DNA of 64,000 nucleotides, taken from NCBI GenBank assembly GCA_964057225.1, contig OZ059900.1:62001-126000 (forward strand), in the 5' to 3' direction. This stretch comes from Auanema rhodensis. Its lineage: Eukaryota; Animalia; Nematoda. Numbering within the stretch: position 1 is the first letter of the stretch; each line of letters starts with the position of its first letter. The translations under genes were made by a program, and so were the position numbers. This document shows positions 59,101 to 64,000 of the stretch, piece after piece. Below the pieces are notes generated by a model that was given only the letters and a program-made list of their open reading frames with translations, had not been told where the DNA came from and made no database searches.

Positions 59101-62100
59101 TTTGGCTGAATCGCTCATATATATGATCAAAAGCATAGTTTTATTGTCTATAACAACAAAAGTCATCAATTAAACGCTAGTGATGTTTTAATACTGAATT
59201 TCGCTCAAATAGCATTACTACACTAAGTATGGTCGTTTTTATGCCTTTAACACCATATACTCACCGATTTTTGGTACAAAATCTGTAATACTCGTAAATT
59301 TTGATCATATTCGTTAAGATTTGAAAATCAAACACACAATAAACAAAATCAGTTTATTTTTATGAGTTTGCACTGATATATATTCATTTTGATCAAAAAA
59401 GGTCGAAAATAGAAAGAATTTTTGAATTTTCCGAGTTTTAAGTCCAATTGGGCTAAATCGCTCATATATATGATCAAAAGCATAGTTTTATTGTCTATGA
59501 CAACAAAAGTCATTAATTAAACACTAATGATGTTTAAATCACTAAATTTCGCTCAAATAGCATTACTACACTAAGTATGGTCGTTTTTATGCCTTTAACA
59601 CCATATACTCACCGATTTTTGGTACAAAATCTGTAATACTCGTAAATTTTGATCATATTCGTTAAGATTTGAGAATCAAACACACAATACACAAAATCAG
59701 TCTATTTTTATGAGCTTGCACTGATATATATTCATTTTGATCAAAAAAGGTCGAAAATAGAAAGAATTTTTGAAATTTCCGAGTTTTGAGTCTAATTTGG
59801 CTAAATCGCTCATATATATGATCAAAAGCATAGTTTTATTGTCTATAACAACAAAAGTCATCAATTAAACGCTAGTGATGTTTTAATACTGAATTTCGCT
59901 CAAATAGCATTACTACACTAAGTATGGTCGTTTTTATGCCTTTAACACCATATACTCACCGATTTTTGGTACAAAATCTGTAATACTTGTAAATTTTGAT
60001 CATATTTGTTAAGATTTGAGAATCAAACACACAATACACAAAATCAGTCTATTTTTATGAGTTTGCACTGATATATATTCATTTTGATCAAAAAAGGTCG
60101 AAAATAGAAAGAATTTTGGAAATGTCCGAGTTTTGAGTCCAATTTGGCTAAATCGCTCATATATATGATCAAAAGCATAGTTTTATTGTCTATAACAACA
60201 AAAGTCATCAATTAAACGCTAGTGATGTTTAAATACTGAATTTCGCTCAAATAGCATTACTACACTAAGTATGGTCGTTTTTATGCCTTTAACACCATAT
60301 ACTCACCGATTTTTGGTACAAAATCTGTAATACTTGTAAATTTTGATCATATTTGTTAAGATTTGAGAATCAAACACACAATACACAAAATCAGTCTATT
60401 TTTATGAGTTTGCACTGATATATATTCATTTTGATCAAAAAAGGTCGAAAATAGAAAGAATTTTGGAAATGTCCGAGTTTTGAGTCCAATTTGGCTAAAT
60501 CGCTCATATATATGATCAAAAGCATAGTTTTATTGTCTATAACAACAAAAGTCATCAATTAAACGCTAGTGATGTTTAAATACTGAATTTCGCTCAAATA
60601 GCATAACTACACTAAGTATGGTCGTTTTTATGCCTTTAACACCATATACTCACCGATTTTTGGTACAAAATCTGTAATACTCGTAAATTTTGATCATATT
60701 CGTTAAGATTTGAGAATCAAACATACAATACACGAAATCAGTCTATTTTTATGAGCTTGCACTGATATATATTCATTTTGATCAAAAAAGGTCGAAAATA
60801 GAAAGAATTTTTGAAATTTCCGAGTTTTGAGTCTAATTTGGCTAAATCGCTCATATATATGATCAGAAGCATAGTTTTGTTGTCTATGACAACAAAAGTC
60901 ATCAATTAAACGCTAGTGATGTTTAAATACTGATTTTCGCTCAAATAGCATTACTACACTAAGTATGGTCGTTTTTACGCCTTTAACACCATATACTCAC
61001 CGATTTTTGGTACAAAATCTGTAATACTCGTAAATTTTGATCATATTCGTTAAGATTTGAGAATCAAACACACAATACACAAAATCAGTCTATTTTCATG
61101 AGCTTGCACTGATATATATTCATTTTGATCAAAAAAGGTCGAAAATAGAAAGAATTTTTGAAATTTCCGAGTTTTGAGTCCAATTTGGCTAAATCGCTCA
61201 TATATATGATCAAAAGCATAGTTTTATTGTCTATAACAACAAAAGTCATCAATTAAACGCTAGTGATGTTTAAATACTGAATTTCGCTCAAATAGCATTA
61301 CTACACTAAGTATGGTCGTTTTTATGCCTTTAACACCATATACTCACCGATTTTTGGTACAAAATCTGTAATACTCGTAAATTTTGATCATATTCGTTAA
61401 GATTTGAGAATCAAACACACAATACACGAAATCAGTCTATTTTTATGAGCTTGCACTGATATATATTCATTTTGATCAAAAAAGGTCGAAAATAGAAAGA
61501 ATTTTTGAATTTTCCGAGTTTTGAGTCCAATTGGGCTAAATCGCTCATATATATGATCAAAAGCATAGTTTTATTGTCTATGACAACAAAAGTCATTAAT
61601 TAAACACTAATGATGTTTAAATCACTAAATTTCGCTCAAATAGCATTACTACACTAAGTATGGTCGTTTTTATGCCTTTAACACCATATACTCACCGATT
61701 TTTGGTACAAAATCTGTAATACTCGTAAATTTTGATCATATTCGTTAAGATTTGAAAATCAAACACACAATAAACAAAATCAGTTTATTTTTATGAGTTT
61801 GCACTGATATATATTCATTTTGATCAAAAAAGGTCGAAAATAGAAAGAATTTCTGAATTTTCCGAGTTTTGAGTCCAATTGGGCTAAATCGCTCATATAT
61901 ATGATCAAAAGCATAGTTTTATTGTCTATGACAACAAAAGTCATTAATTAAACACTAATGATGTTTAAATCACTAAATTTCGCTCAAATAGCATTACTAC
62001 ACTAAGTATGGTCGTTTTTATGCCTTTAACACAATATACTCACCGATTTTTGGTACAAAATCTGTAATACTCGTAAATTTTGATCATATTCGTTAAGATT

Positions 62101-64000
62101 TGAGAATCAAACACACAATACACAAAATCAGTCTATTTTTATGAGCTTGCACTGATATATATTCATTTTGATCAAAAAAGGTCGAAAATAGAAAGAATTT
62201 TTGAAATTTCCGAGTTTTGAGTCCAATTTGGCTAAATCGCTCATATATATGATCAAAAGCATAGTTTTATTGTCTATAACAACAAAAGTCATCAATTAAA
62301 CGCTAGTGATGTTTTAATACTGAATTTCGCTCAAATAGCATTACTACACTAAGTATGGTCGTTTTTATGCCTTTAACACCATATACTCACCGATTTTTGG
62401 TACAAAATCTGTAATACTTGTAAATTTTGATCATATTTGTTAAGATTTGAGAATCAAACACACAATACACAAAATCAGTCTATTTTTATGAGTTTGCACT
62501 GATATATATTCATTTTGATCAAAAAAGGTCGAAAATAGAAAGAATTTTGGAAATGTCCGAGTTTTGAGTCCAATTTGGCTAAATCGCTCATATATATGAT
62601 CAAAAGCATAGTTTTATTGTCTATAACAACAAAAGTCATCAATTAAACGCTAGTGATGTTTAAATACTGAATTTCGCTCAAATAGCATAACTACACTAAG
62701 TATGGTCGTTTTTATGCCTTTAACACCATATACTCACCGATTTTTGGTACAAAATCTGTAATACTCGTAAATTTTGATCATATTCGTTAAGATTTGAGAA
62801 TCAAACATACAATACACGAAATCAGTCTATTTTTATGAGCTTGCACTGATATATATTCATTTTGATCAAAAAAGGTCGAAAATAGAAAGAATTTTTGAAA
62901 TTTCCGAGTTTTGAGTCTAATTTGGCTAAATCGCTCATATATATGATCAGAAGCATAGTTTTATTGTCTATGACAACAAAAGTCATTAATTAAACACTAA
63001 TGATGTTTAAATTACTAAATTTCGCTCAAATAGCATTACTACACTAAGTATGGTCGTTTTTATGCCTTTAACACCATATACTCACCGATTTTTGGTACAA
63101 AATCTGTAATACTCGTAAATTTTGATCATATTCGTTAAGATTTGAGAATCAAACACACAATACACAAAATCAGTCTATTTTTATGAGCTTGCACTGATAT
63201 ATATTCATTTTGATCAAAAAAGGTCGAAAATAGAAAGAATTTTTGAAATTTCCGAGTTTTGAGTCCAATTTGGCTGAATCGCTCATATATATGATCAAAA
63301 GCATAGTTTTATTGTCTATAACAACAAAAGTCATCAATTAAACGCTAGTGATGTTTTAATACTGAATTTCGCTCAAATAGCATTACTACACTAAGTATGG
63401 TCGTTTTTATGCCTTTAACACCATATACTCACCGATTTTTGGTACAAAATCTGTAATACTCGTAAATTTTGATCATATTCGTTAAGATTTGAAAATCAAA
63501 CACACAATAAACAAAATCAGTCTATTTTTATGAGTTTGCACTGATATATATTCATTTTGATCAAAAAAGGTCGAAAATAGAAAGAATTTTTGAATTTTCC
63601 GAGTTTTGAGTCCAATTGGGCTAAATCGCTCATATATATGATCAAAAGCATAGTTTTATTGTCTATAACAACAAAAGTCATTAATTAAACACTAATGATG
63701 TTTAAATCACTAAATTTCGCTCAAATAGCATTACTACACTAAGTATGGTCGTTTTTATGCCTTTAACACCATATACTCACCGATTTTTGGTACAAAATCT
63801 GTAATACTCGTAAATTTTGATCATATTCGTTAAGATTTGAGAATCAAACACACAATACACAAAATCAGTCTATTTTTATGAGCTTGCACTGATATATATT
63901 CATTTTGATCAAAAAAGGTCGAAAATAGAAAGAATTTTTGAAATTTCCGAGTTTTGAGTCCAATTTGGCTAAATCGCTCATATATATGATCAAAAGCATA
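32101..64000. repeat. Satellite domain 3: more heterogeneous subfamily with 4-, 5-, 7-, 10- and 13-mer duplications
   Basis: Diagnostic GGAAATGTCC, CCAATTGGGC, GGCTGAATC and AATAAACAAAATC variants. Rare-variant spacings are 1389, 1736, 2430, 3472 and 4515 bp. Confidence 0.8.

Larger units (their letters stand above)
12969..64000. repeat. 347/348-bp AT-rich satellite DNA, ~147 head-to-tail monomers, runs off the window end
   Basis: Motifs such as CGCTCAAATAGCATTACTACACTAAG, ACTCACCGATTTTTGGTACAAAATC and TCATATATATGATCA recur every 347-348 bp. ORF-track hits recur at the same period. No interruption or inversion was noticed. Confidence 0.99.

Noticed and set aside
12969-64000. Satellite as an SL1/5S/snRNA/tRNA or piRNA gene array
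   Set aside because: I found no GGTTTAATTACCCAAGTTTGAG leader, no 5S or tRNA boxes and no CTGTTTCA motif. The Sm-like ATTTTTGG alone is expected in AT-rich DNA.

Overview
Eukaryotic non-coding window; no protein-coding gene is supportable. Bases 1-12968 are the end of a tandem 45S rDNA array from a rhabditid nematode (Caenorhabditis-like 18S/5.8S/28S termini): spacer IGS1, a complete 18S-ITS1-5.8S-ITS2-28S unit (18S-to-18S period 8882 bp), spacer IGS2, and a second 18S that stops abruptly in helix 44. It is joined bluntly to an uninterrupted AT-rich 347/348-bp satellite (12969-64000, about 147 monomers) with subfamily domains and local higher-order repeats. The most unusual feature is the spacer. 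Each IGS holds a modular, copy-number-variable array of inverted copies of the first 62-95 nt of 18S rRNA (7 in IGS1, 10 in IGS2), preceded by one same-strand copy. All copies begin at the position of the mature 18S 5' end. They fall into two classes: A, whose core is identical to the resident 18S, and B, which is divergent, lacks helix 6 and is closer to the general eukaryotic consensus. The layout could yield antisense or hairpin rRNA from Pol I read-through, and it brackets the presumptive promoter with an inverted repeat. These functions are inference. All coordinates were read by eye, and rRNA ends are approximate to a few nt.
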